Source of the DNA: a bacterium
GTDB lineage: Bacteria > T1Sed10-126
Assembly (NCBI GenBank): GCA_003554945.1
Contig: PWHN01000044.1
Span: 27,386-91,385, forward strand
Length of the DNA stretch: 64,000 bases
Direction of reading: 5' to 3'
In this document: in pieces, positions 1 through 8,602 of the stretch
Position numbering within the stretch: the stretch's first letter is position 1
Layout: every line of letters begins with the position of its first letter
Made by a program: the position numbers and the translations under genes
The notes under the pieces: model-generated
Seen by the model: the letters and a program-made list of their open reading frames with translations, nothing else
The model's database searches: none
What the model was told of the DNA's origin: nothing

Positions 1-2441
1 GCCATCAACCCATAGCGAACTCCCTCCTCGGCAACAGTGAACTCAGCCTCGGAACAGTTTACCCGGGGAGGCAGCAGCCGAAAACCATCCTCCTGTAGCG
101 CCCCGGCGATACGGCCAATTCGGTCGCGGTCGCCGGCCTTAACAGTACAGAGTGCGGCATAAAAATAGCGAGAGTAATGGGCCTTCAGGTAGGCGGTTCG
201 GAAAGTTATTGCAGCATAAGCAGCACTGTGGGAACGATTGAAACCGTATTCGGCAAAATTGGAAAGAGTTTCAAAGAGTTGTTTGGCCCAGTCCGGCTCG
301 TAGCCGTTTTCCCGGGCGCCGCTAACGAACTCTTCACGTAACGAGGCCATTAAATCAGCTTTTTTCTTCCCCATCGCCTCCCTGAAAGTATCGGCACGGG
401 CCCAGCTAAAACCGGCCACCCGACGGGCAATTGCCATCACCTGCTCCTGGTAGATTATCAAACCATAGGTGGACTCCAGAATAGACTCCAGATTTGGATG
501 GGGGTATTCAACTTCCTCCTCGCCACGACGTCGCTTGAGATACGAGTCAACTATTCCCGACTGCAGGGGGCCGGGCCGGTAGAGGGCAAGACAATCCATC
601 AGGTCCCTCCTGTCCTCGGGCTGCAAGCGTTGAACAAGATCGCGACATCCAGTAGTTTCAAATTGAAATATACCCTCAAGAGAACGTTCTTTCAACCAGT
701 CGCTGACCTGTGAATCGGTCTCGGGCAGCGCCGAAAGGTCGACCTCTTCTCCGGGCGGAAGTTTCTCCAGAGTAAGTTCCAGCAGAGTAAGGGTGGTCAA
801 CCCCAGGATATCAAGCTTTAGATAACCGAGTTGCGTCAGATCATACATGTCATACTGGGAGGCAACCTGTCCGTCTTCGGAGGGCCGGTAAAGGGGAAGT
901 TGCCCGGACAGCTCCCCCTCGCCAATTAGAAGCCCGGCGGCATGAAGCGAGGCATTGCGAACCAGCCCTTCAAGTTTTTTTGCCTGGGCATACCACTGTT
1001 TGAAGTGGTCCGCTTCATTCAAAGCTTTTTCCAGACCCTCGAAGCGGGCGGGAAGTTGAGCCAGCGGCAGATCAACATCAACCGGGAATAACCCAAGCAG
1101 GCGGTCTATCCTCTGGCGGGGCTCACCGCGAACCCGACCGACAGCGCGCAGCGAGTTACGCGCCTTCAGCCGACCGAAGGTTATTATCTGTGCAACCGAC
1201 TGCTCGCCAAAACGCTGGCGCACGTAGTTTATTACTTCATCGCGGCGGCGGTCGGCAAAATCAAGGTCAATATCGGGCATCTCTTCGCGCTCGTGGTTGA
1301 GAAATCTTTCAAAAATTAAATCGTGGGCGAAGGGGTCAACCTCGGTAATCCCAAGCAGATAAGCGACAAAAGAACCGGCGGCGGAGCCTCGGCCGGGGCC
1401 AACCGCTATTCCCTGTTCCCGCGCCCAGTTGACAATATCGGCGACAATAAGAAAGTAATCGGAAAAACCGCGCGAGGTGATGACCTGCAGTTCCATTTCC
1501 ATTCGCTCTACAGCGGTATCCTCTTCGGAAGCGTAGTCTTTTTGTTTGAGCGCCTGCTGGCAGAGCTCTTTCAGATGAGCGGCACTGCCCGCTTGACCGG
1601 CGCCGGGATAGACGGGGAGCTGATGGGTTCCGGTGCGAAACTCAAACGAACAGCGACGGGCCAGCTTTTCAGTCAGCTCCAGCCGCTCAGCCTCCTTCCC
1701 CAACCACTCACGCATCTGATTCGCCCCGACAACATGCTGTTGACGGCGATGGGGGGCCAGCTCGTCAAGCTGTTCCAGCTTCGTATTGGTCTGAACAGCA
1801 AGACGCAGCGGCAAAACGTCCGCATCCTCAGGTGTCGGATAATAGGCGGGATGGGTAAAAAGAACTGAAACATCCTTCTCATCGGCATATCTTAAATACT
1901 CTTTTTGATCCGGTGTAAGAGGGCCATATAGAGGTATTTCTACGTAATAGCGATCACCATACAACTGAAGGTCCTGTTTTAAATTTTTTACAAAATCGGG
2001 AACCGAAAGGTCCAGGGGCGGACTACCGGGACCCGACGCCTCCGGACCAAGCACGAACAAACCCTCGCACATCTCAGCCAGACGGGAGCGAGGAACAAAA
2101 AGCCCGCCGCTGTCACGCGTTCGATAACTCTCACTAATAAGTTGACAGAGGTTGGAATACCCCGCCTGGGTTTCAACCAGGACTCGGAGGCGAGGAAAAG
2201 AAGAGCGCCGGCGGTGAGGGGCCTTTGCCCCCACAAACAATTCGGAACCAAGTATTGGTTTGATCCCCCGGCGGAAAGCCTGTTGATGGAACTTAAAGGC
2301 AGCAAACAAGTTGTGAGTATCAGTCAGAGCGGCAGCTTTCAAATCCAGCTCAGCCAACCGATCGAGATACTGCTCCACTGTCATACAGCCGTCACGAAGA
2401 GTGAATTCAGAGTGAGCGTTCAACGGGGCAAAACCAGCCAT
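1..2441 (-). CDS. dnaE: DNA polymerase III alpha subunit (partial, runs off the left edge)
   Basis: Not in the ORF track because there is no stop in the window. Hand translation from ATG 2441 gives MAGFAPLNAHSEFTLRDG, ALTDTHNL, GIKPILGSE, GPGRGSAAGS, MPDIDLDF, KLDILGL, FAEYGFNRSHSAAYA and VRYGL; the two ends are in the same frame. Confidence 0.96.
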   Translation of the reverse strand, partial: MAGFAPLNAHSEFTLRDGCMTVEQYLDRLAELDLKAAALTDTHNLFAAFKFHQQAFRRGIKPILGSELFVGAKAPHRRRSSFPRLRVLVETQAGYSNLCQLISESYRTRDSGGLFVPRSRLAEMCEGLFVLGPEASGPGSPPLDLSVPDFVKNLKQDLQLYGDRYYVEIPLYGPLTPDQKEYLRYADEKDVSVLFTHPAYYPTPEDADVLPLRLAVQTNTKLEQLDELAPHRRQQHVVGANQMREWLGKEAERLELTEKLARRCSFEFRTGTHQLPVYPGAGQAGSAAHLKELCQQALKQKDYASEEDTAVERMEMELQVITSRGFSDYFLIVADIVNWAREQGIAVGPGRGSAAGSFVAYLLGITEVDPFAHDLIFERFLNHEREEMPDIDLDFADRRRDEVINYVRQRFGEQSVAQIITFGRLKARNSLRAVGRVRGEPRQRIDRLLGLFPVDVDLPLAQLPARFEGLEKALNEADHFKQWYAQAKKLEGLVRNASLHAAGLLIGEGELSGQLPLYRPSEDGQVASQYDMYDLTQLGYLKLDILGLTTLTLLELTLEKLPPGEEVDLSALPETDSQVSDWLKERSLEGIFQFETTGCRDLVQRLQPEDRRDLMDCLALYRPGPLQSGIVDSYLKRRRGEEEVEYPHPNLESILESTYGLIIYQEQVMAIARRVAGFSWARADTFREAMGKKKADLMASLREEFVSGARENGYEPDWAKQLFETLSNFAEYGFNRSHSAAYAAITFRTAYLKAHYSRYFYAALCTVKAGDRDRIGRIAGALQEDGFRLLPPRVNCSEAEFTVAEEGVRYGLM

Positions 2442-2537
2442 AAAATCACCGAAACAGAAACAGAGTTGATTTTTCAGTCCTGGAAGCTATGATATTTGGG
2501 TAGTAGAATTATACAAAAAATAGGAGTGTATCGAACT

Positions 2538-3857
2538 ATTAGTATAGTAGAAGCAGTAAAAGACGCGGGAATAATTGGTGCCGGCGGCGCCGGATTCCCG
2601 ACTCACGTTAAATTAGAGGCCGAGGTTGAGACTGTAATCGCCAACGGGGCGGAGTGTGAACCCCTGCTGTCAACGGACGTCCATCTTATGACCGAGCGGG
2701 CCGACGATGTGGTGGCGGGACTGAAGATGGCCGGCGAGGCAACCAACGCCAGCCGGTTAATCATTGCCCTCAAGCGCAAATATAAAGAGGCGATCGCCGC
2801 CCTGGAGAAGGCAATCGGTGACGATGATATTGAGCTTTACCTGATGGACAACTACTATCCGGCCGGCGACGAAGTCGAGATGGTCCACGCCGTCACGGGT
2901 AAAATAGTCCCTGAGGGAGGAATCCCGCTGGACGTCGGAATAGTTGTCAGTAACGTCAATACGCTGCTCAATGTTTATATGGCAGAGACCGAAGACCAGC
3001 CGGTAACCAGCCGCTGGATTACCGTGGCAGGCGAACTGCATGACCCCTACATTGCTGAGGTTCCAGTAGGAATAAAAGCCGGCGAGCTGTTAAATTTAGC
3101 CGGGCTGGCCACTGAGGATCCAACTCTGATCTCCGGTGGACCAATGACCGGCAACATAGTTGACTTTGAACACGGAATCACTAAAACATGCGGTGCCCTT
3201 ATTGCCCTGCCGCCGGACAACACGACTGCGGTTCGCAAACGGCGAACACCGCAGGTAGAATACCGACGCGGCCAGTCAACCTGTGACCAGTGTTTTGAAT
3301 GCACAATCGTCTGCCCGCGCAATCACGTCGGGCACGACCTTTATCCGCACAAACTTATGCGCAACCTGTTCATTGCACCAAAATACAGCAAGGCCGACCT
3401 GACATCGGTTTATCTCTGCTGTGAGTGCGGACTCTGTGACATGTATGCCTGTCCGCTGGACCTGTCGCCCCGCGACGTAATTGTGCAACTGCGCGGGGAA
3501 CTGCAGGAGGCGGGGATTGATAATCCACACAACCGGGCAGAGCCTCAAGAACACCCGGAGAAAGAATTTCGCAAGGTTAACGCCGACCGGCTGTTGACGC
3601 GAATTGGATTGAAAAAATATGATCTACACGACTTTCCCTTGCGACAAATAACAACTAACGAGGTAAGCATTGCGCTCGACCAGCACGTTGGCACTCCTTC
3701 CGAACCGATAGTGGAAGAAGGCCAGCGGGTGAATAAAGGTGACTTGATTGCGGACATTCCGCAGGGAGCGCTGGGCAGCAAGGTGCACGCCAGCATTGAT
3801 GGGACTATAACTAAAATTAACGACAGTCGGATAGAAATTACCGCGGAGGAAGACTGA
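2538..3857 (+). CDS. PduS/RnfC-like flavin and 4Fe-4S oxidoreductase (microcompartment-associated type)
   Basis: AGIIGAGGAGFPTHVK, IANGAECEP, SLBB region, CDQCFECTIVCP and CCECGLCDMYACP clusters, C-terminal sandwich-barrel (VHASIDG). Start uncertain: TTG 2496, GTG 2526 or ATT 2538. Confidence 0.88.
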   Translation: MSIVEAVKDAGIIGAGGAGFPTHVKLEAEVETVIANGAECEPLLSTDVHLMTERADDVVAGLKMAGEATNASRLIIALKRKYKEAIAALEKAIGDDDIELYLMDNYYPAGDEVEMVHAVTGKIVPEGGIPLDVGIVVSNVNTLLNVYMAETEDQPVTSRWITVAGELHDPYIAEVPVGIKAGELLNLAGLATEDPTLISGGPMTGNIVDFEHGITKTCGALIALPPDNTTAVRKRRTPQVEYRRGQSTCDQCFECTIVCPRNHVGHDLYPHKLMRNLFIAPKYSKADLTSVYLCCECGLCDMYACPLDLSPRDVIVQLRGELQEAGIDNPHNRAEPQEHPEKEFRKVNADRLLTRIGLKKYDLHDFPLRQITTNEVSIALDQHVGTPSEPIVEEGQRVNKGDLIADIPQGALGSKVHASIDGTITKINDSRIEITAEED

Positions 3858-3859
3858 CA

Positions 3860-4408
3860 ATGGAAAATGCAATTGGACTGGTAGAAACGAGCAGCATGGC
3901 ACGGGGCCACGAAGTTACGGACGCAATGGTCAAAAGAGCCGACACCACCCTGGTGGAGGCACATACGGTCTGTCCGGGAAAATTTATCGCCCTGGTCACC
4001 GGAACCGTCGCCGACGTTGAAAAGTCTGTCGACCGGGGGATTGAAGTGGCCGGGCATACGCTCGTTCATGACCTGGTTATCCCTAACATTCATCCCCAGC
4101 TTATTCCAGCTATTCGCGACACCTCGGACGCACATGAACTCGATGCACTGGGTATTGTAGAATTTTTCTCTGTATCGGCAACCATCATTGCCGCCGATGC
4201 CGCCGCCAAAAAATCTGAAGTTCAGCTCATTAACGTCCGGTTGGCCAACGCCATGGGGGGCAAGGGCTACTTTACCCTGACGGGCAGCATCGAAGCTGTC
4301 AACTCCGCTGTCGACGAGGCTTGCAATACGGTTAAAGGAGACGGTATACTGATTGAACGGGTGGTCATCCCACGCCCGGACAAGTCCTTAGAACCAAGCG
4401 TCCTTTAA
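3860..4408 (+). CDS. Tandem BMC-domain shell protein (PduT-like BMC-T)
   Basis: Two BMC repeats (AIGLVET...DAMVK; ALGIVEF...AADAAAK...GGKGYF...VIPRP) and the CPGK motif carrying the PduT Fe-S cysteine. Confidence 0.9.
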   Translation: MENAIGLVETSSMARGHEVTDAMVKRADTTLVEAHTVCPGKFIALVTGTVADVEKSVDRGIEVAGHTLVHDLVIPNIHPQLIPAIRDTSDAHELDALGIVEFFSVSATIIAADAAAKKSEVQLINVRLANAMGGKGYFTLTGSIEAVNSAVDEACNTVKGDGILIERVVIPRPDKSLEPSVL

Positions 4409-4450
4409 TTTACCCCACCTCTTCCCCCTCAACGCTCACTGTCGTTCGCT

Positions 4451-4509
4451 GCTCCCCCACGCCACCTCGTGTGGCTAAACCCTTGAGGGACTACCGTCCC
4501 TCAAACTCC
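4451..4509. repeat. Two-hairpin element downstream of tRNA-Arg(CCG), related to 41288-41344
   Basis: GCCAC-CTCGT-GTGGC and TGAGGGA-CTACCG-TCCCTCA hairpins; aligns by eye with the element downstream of tRNA-Glu. Confidence 0.65.
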
Positions 4510-4512
4510 TTG

Positions 4513-4642
4513 GAAGTGTGAAAGTGGGAAAGTTGAAAAGTGGGAAAGTGTGAAAGTATGAAAGTATGAAAGTATGAAAGTTGATAGGTTTAACGAAGTT
4601 TAACTTTCTAACTTTATAACTTTTTAACTATCTAACTAACAA
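4513..4642. repeat. Octamer tandem repeat arrays (GAAAGTNN then AACTTTNT) directly downstream of tRNA-Arg(CCG)
   Basis: Visible 8-nt periodicity; two roughly complementary arrays separated by GATAGGTTTAACGAA. Confidence 0.85.
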
Positions 4643-4715
4643 TACGCCCGGGAGGATTTGAACCCCCGACTTTCGCCTCCGGAGGGCGACGCTCTGTCCA
4701 CTGAGCTACGGGCGC
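4643..4715 (-). tRNA. tRNA-Arg (anticodon CCG)
   Basis: GCGCCCG acceptor stem, TAGCTCAG D-arm, TCGCC-CTCCGGA-GGCGA anticodon arm, GGTTCAAATCC T-loop; CCA not encoded. Confidence 0.96.
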
Positions 4716-4827
4716 TTTTTTATCGTTTTAATTCCAATGAATACACAACGTCGTTTAAAAGTAGGATATAATTATACTATGAAACTGCTGGGATTTGCAT
4801 CTCTTTAGTACCTTTCAGGGTGGTATA

Positions 4828-5469
4828 ATGGCAAAGGTGATTGGCATTGATGAGGCGGGACGGGGACCGGCTGTGGGGCCGCTTGTCGTAGGTATCGTTG
4901 AATGGGATGAACCTTCCCTGCCGGAAGATTTAGAGCTCACGGACAGCAAGAAAATGACTCCCGACCAACGCTCAAAAACAGCCGAGTTTATAAAACAGAA
5001 CTGTTTTTATCAGACGCTCCACATCCCGGCACATGTCATAAGCGCCTCCGAACTGCCACTGCAGCACCTTGAGGCCCGGGTAATTACAGCCGCTCTTAAA
5101 AACTTCAACGCCGGGGTTCCAGTCTACGCCGATGCCCTGGGCAGTGGGCGAGAAGCCGAAAACTGGATCAGGTGGGCGCTTCCTGAACGAAAATTTAACT
5201 TCTCCAGCGGAGCCGATGAAAAATATCCGGCAGTTTCCGCGGCCAGTGTGATGGCCAAGCAGGAGCGTGACACTGCTTTACAAAATATAAGCGCTCACTG
5301 GGGTGAAGTAGGCTCTGGATATCCAGGTGATTCAAAAACTATCGACTGGCTGGAAAGTTATTTTACTGAAAACAGGTCTTGGCCGCCGGTGGTGAGAGAG
5401 AGTTGGGCAACAGTAGACAGAGTACAAAAAAACATCCCCTCCCATCCGGTAGGACATCCGGATTTATGA
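4828..5469 (+). CDS. rnhB: Ribonuclease HII (archaeal/eukaryotic-like C-terminus)
   Basis: GIDEAGRGP, LTDSKKM, YADA, ADEKYPAVSAASVMAK, GSGYPGD. Confidence 0.93.
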   Translation: MAKVIGIDEAGRGPAVGPLVVGIVEWDEPSLPEDLELTDSKKMTPDQRSKTAEFIKQNCFYQTLHIPAHVISASELPLQHLEARVITAALKNFNAGVPVYADALGSGREAENWIRWALPERKFNFSSGADEKYPAVSAASVMAKQERDTALQNISAHWGEVGSGYPGDSKTIDWLESYFTENRSWPPVVRESWATVDRVQKNIPSHPVGHPDL

Positions 5470-5637
5470 GTCCAGCCGGCCAGACTTTCGTCTGAGCCGG
5501 CCTGATTGGAATGGAAGGGGAATCGTATATACTTTTCTTGTTGTGCTTATATTATCGGGTACTCCCTTGTAAAAATCAAGCTTTAATCTACAATAATTGT
5601 TCAAAATGTAGTTTATAGCCAAGTTGGAGGTAATCAA

Positions 5638-7011
5638 ATGAAAAATAAATCTAATACAGAGAGTCCAGTTAAGGGGGAAGTAGTACCCCAGGCAGAAAAA
5701 ATAAGAGCGCTCATTGACCGGGAAAAGTGGGACGAATTAACGGATGTCCTGGACGAATGGCCGGTTCCGGACATAGCCGACCTATTGTTAAAATCTACCA
5801 AGTCTGAACGTGTTTTTATCTTTCGGGCGCTTGAGCGGGAAAAAGCGGCCGAGGTCTTTGCTTTTTTAGATCCCTACCCCCAGAATACGCTGTTAAAAGA
5901 GCTTACCGACAACGAAACCCGTAAAATTTTAAAAACCATCCCTCCAGACGACAGGACTCAATTCCTGGAAGAGTTGCCGGCACGCCTGACCCGCAAATTA
6001 CTTAATTTGCTGGAGGGGGAACATCTGGAAGAAGCCCGAGAGCTGCTGGGATATCCTGAAGAGAGTGTCGGACGACTGATGACCCCGGATTACGTGCGAA
6101 TAAAGCCGGACTGGACCTGTCAGGAAGCACTGGAGCACATTCGAAAAATTGGCAAAGACAAAGAGACAATTAAATCAATTTATGTCGTTGACGAAGAAAA
6201 CATTTTAATTGACGCCATTTCACTGCGGCAGATAATTCTTACTGACCCCGAGACACAGATTGAAGAAATTATGGATTATTCATACGTCTCGGCGAAAGCC
6301 AATGCGGACCGTGAAGAGGCGGTCAAGATAATGCAGCGATACGATCTCTTCTCGATTCCAGTTGAAGATTCCAACGGACGGCTGCTCGGTATTGTGACAA
6401 TGGACGACGCCCTCGATGTTGCTGAGGAAGAAGCAACTGAGGACTTTCAGAAGACAAGCGCCGTTCTGCCGCTGGGAAAGACATACAGCGAAGCGGGCGT
6501 TGGCCTGCTTTTCCGCAGCCGGTTCTGGTGGCTGTTAATACTGGTCTTTGTCAACCTGATTTCTTCCGGCATAATCGCCGGTTTTGAAGAAACACTGGAG
6601 GCGGCTATTGGACTCGCTTTCTTCATCCCCTTGCTGATTGACAGCGGCGGTAACGCCGGGGCCCAGTCGGCGATGATGATGGTCCGGGCCATATCAATCG
6701 GCGATGTTCAAATGGACGAGTGGTTTAAGGCTTTCCTGAGGGAGATTGCTATCGGTCTATTTTTAGGCCTTTCTCTCGGATTCGCCAGTTTTTTCCTCGG
6801 TGTTTTCAGGGCGGAAGTAATGATTGGCGTCGTCGTTGGCCTGGCAATGCTTGTAATAATATTCGCGGCCAACCTGATCGGGGTTCTGCTTCCTTTCCTG
6901 CTTACCACTTTGAACCTCGACCCAGCTGTGGCCAGCGGACCATTGATTACTTCAATCGTTGATGCCTGCGGCCTGTTAATTTATTTTTCTATCGCTATGG
7001 CGCTGCTTTAA
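5638..7011 (+). CDS. mgtE: Magnesium transporter MgtE
   Basis: N-domain, YPEESVGRLMT, CBS pair, SGGNAGAQ and DPAVASGPLITSIVD membrane motifs. Confidence 0.97.
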   Translation: MKNKSNTESPVKGEVVPQAEKIRALIDREKWDELTDVLDEWPVPDIADLLLKSTKSERVFIFRALEREKAAEVFAFLDPYPQNTLLKELTDNETRKILKTIPPDDRTQFLEELPARLTRKLLNLLEGEHLEEARELLGYPEESVGRLMTPDYVRIKPDWTCQEALEHIRKIGKDKETIKSIYVVDEENILIDAISLRQIILTDPETQIEEIMDYSYVSAKANADREEAVKIMQRYDLFSIPVEDSNGRLLGIVTMDDALDVAEEEATEDFQKTSAVLPLGKTYSEAGVGLLFRSRFWWLLILVFVNLISSGIIAGFEETLEAAIGLAFFIPLLIDSGGNAGAQSAMMMVRAISIGDVQMDEWFKAFLREIAIGLFLGLSLGFASFFLGVFRAEVMIGVVVGLAMLVIIFAANLIGVLLPFLLTTLNLDPAVASGPLITSIVDACGLLIYFSIAMALL

Positions 7012-7018
7012 GTATCTT

Positions 7019-8575
7019 TCAGTTGCCGTAGCCCTGCACGAGGTCCTGTTTCAGTTCCCAGATTTTGCTGCTGATCGAGACGTGATAATAGTGGGGGTTA
7101 AGGACTCGCTTAACCCCGGGGGCCAGCCTTTGCAGATCGTTTTGACACCGCTCTCTGAATTTTTCCATTGTCTCCCCTTCCCGTAACAGCTTACCTTCGC
7201 AAAGATAGGTGGCCAGCAGAGGCTCAACCTCACCGATATCTTCTGGACTTAATTCCCTCCAGCTCTGTTCACGATAGGGGTGCTGCAAAAATAATGAACG
7301 CTGTTCATGAACTTCTTCCTCGGGGGCGGTTAGCAAATCAGCGGTCGCACGACCACGATAGTCATAGAGCCGATATAAATTCTTACGCCCAGGGATCGGA
7401 ACTTTTTCAGGGGTTTCAGATAGTTTTAAAACCGGCTTCCAGTCCCTGCCCTTCTTGATTGCAACCAATTTATATACGCCGCCCAGCGACGAGTCCCCGG
7501 CTGAGGTTATCAACCGGGTGCCGACGCCATAAACCAGGCGCTCAATCAACGCCTCGAGCTCAAGACCGTAATCTGGAGCCTCGCTACGTATCTGTTCCAG
7601 AATTTGACGCAAAACAAGCTCGTCCAGCTGGTTAGAAAGAACAATACTAACCTCCGGAAAACCGGCCTCGTTGAGTAATTTGGCTGAGCGCACGGCCAGA
7701 TGGGCCAGATCACCGGAATCCAGACGAATACCCACCGGTTCGTGCCCTTCAGCCCGCAACTCCTTAAAAACTTCAATCGCGTTAGGAACTCCGCTGTGAA
7801 GTGTATCCACGGTATCCACCAGCAAAATGCAATCGTCAGGGTAGGCTCGCGCGAAGGCCTGAAAAGCTTCCAGTTCTGATTTGCCCAGGGCAAGGTAGGC
7901 CTGAACAAAGCTGTGAGCATGTGTGCCTTTGGGAGGATAACCGAGCATACGTGATGCGGCTGTATTTGAGCTGAAATCAGCGCCGCCTATCATGGCGGCC
8001 CGTGCACCACTATTGCCCCCCTTCTCGTGGGCCCGCCGCATTCCAAATTCAAGCAACAGCTTCCCCTCCCCCGCGGCGGCTATACGGGCGGCCCGGGTCG
8101 CAATTAAAATCTGGTAGTTAATATGATTGAGCAGTGGAGTTTCGACCAGTTGAGCAAGAGCCAGCGGCCCCTCAACAACCGTAACTGGCTCATTCGGATG
8201 AACTATTCGCCCCTCCGGGACTGCTCTGACCGTTAATTCGGAGAAAGGATCACGGTTACTAAGCCAATCAAGAAACTCAGTCCCAAACAGCCGGGATCCT
8301 GACGAACCAGACAAGTCTCTTAAATAATTGATATCATCGGTGGTTGGTTCAGCGCCCTTTAGCCAGTCAAGGAAGGTATTTAAACCAGCGTTTACACAAT
8401 AGCCGGCTCGGTGGTCGCCATAATTGGGATTTTCACGGAAAAAATGTTCAAAGCGGGCCGGTTTTTCATGCAATCCCTGGTTAAAATAGGCCTGGGCCAT
8501 TGTGAATTGATAAAAGTCAGTATAAAGAAAACCGTAGGAGGGATTTTTTGAGTTAATATTGTTGCCCCCTGACAA
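7019..8575 (-). CDS. pncB: Nicotinate phosphoribosyltransferase
   Basis: LYTDFYQFTM, EFGMRRA, GTHAHSFV, LVDT, GIRLDSGDL, GGVYKLV motifs. Confidence 0.94.
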   Translation of the reverse strand: MSGGNNINSKNPSYGFLYTDFYQFTMAQAYFNQGLHEKPARFEHFFRENPNYGDHRAGYCVNAGLNTFLDWLKGAEPTTDDINYLRDLSGSSGSRLFGTEFLDWLSNRDPFSELTVRAVPEGRIVHPNEPVTVVEGPLALAQLVETPLLNHINYQILIATRAARIAAAGEGKLLLEFGMRRAHEKGGNSGARAAMIGGADFSSNTAASRMLGYPPKGTHAHSFVQAYLALGKSELEAFQAFARAYPDDCILLVDTVDTLHSGVPNAIEVFKELRAEGHEPVGIRLDSGDLAHLAVRSAKLLNEAGFPEVSIVLSNQLDELVLRQILEQIRSEAPDYGLELEALIERLVYGVGTRLITSAGDSSLGGVYKLVAIKKGRDWKPVLKLSETPEKVPIPGRKNLYRLYDYRGRATADLLTAPEEEVHEQRSLFLQHPYREQSWRELSPEDIGEVEPLLATYLCEGKLLREGETMEKFRERCQNDLQRLAPGVKRVLNPHYYHVSISSKIWELKQDLVQGYGN

Positions 8576-8602
8576 TCAAACGCAACCGGGAGAGAAGCTA
8601 AT

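Noticed and set aside
498-2492. Short ORFs listed in the track over the first 2.5 kb
   Set aside because: They are shadow or off-frame ORFs of the minus-strand dnaE frame.
5470-5637. Possible M-box riboswitch upstream of mgtE
   Set aside because: Only a single hairpin after rnhB is visible; no recognisable M-box conserved sequence.
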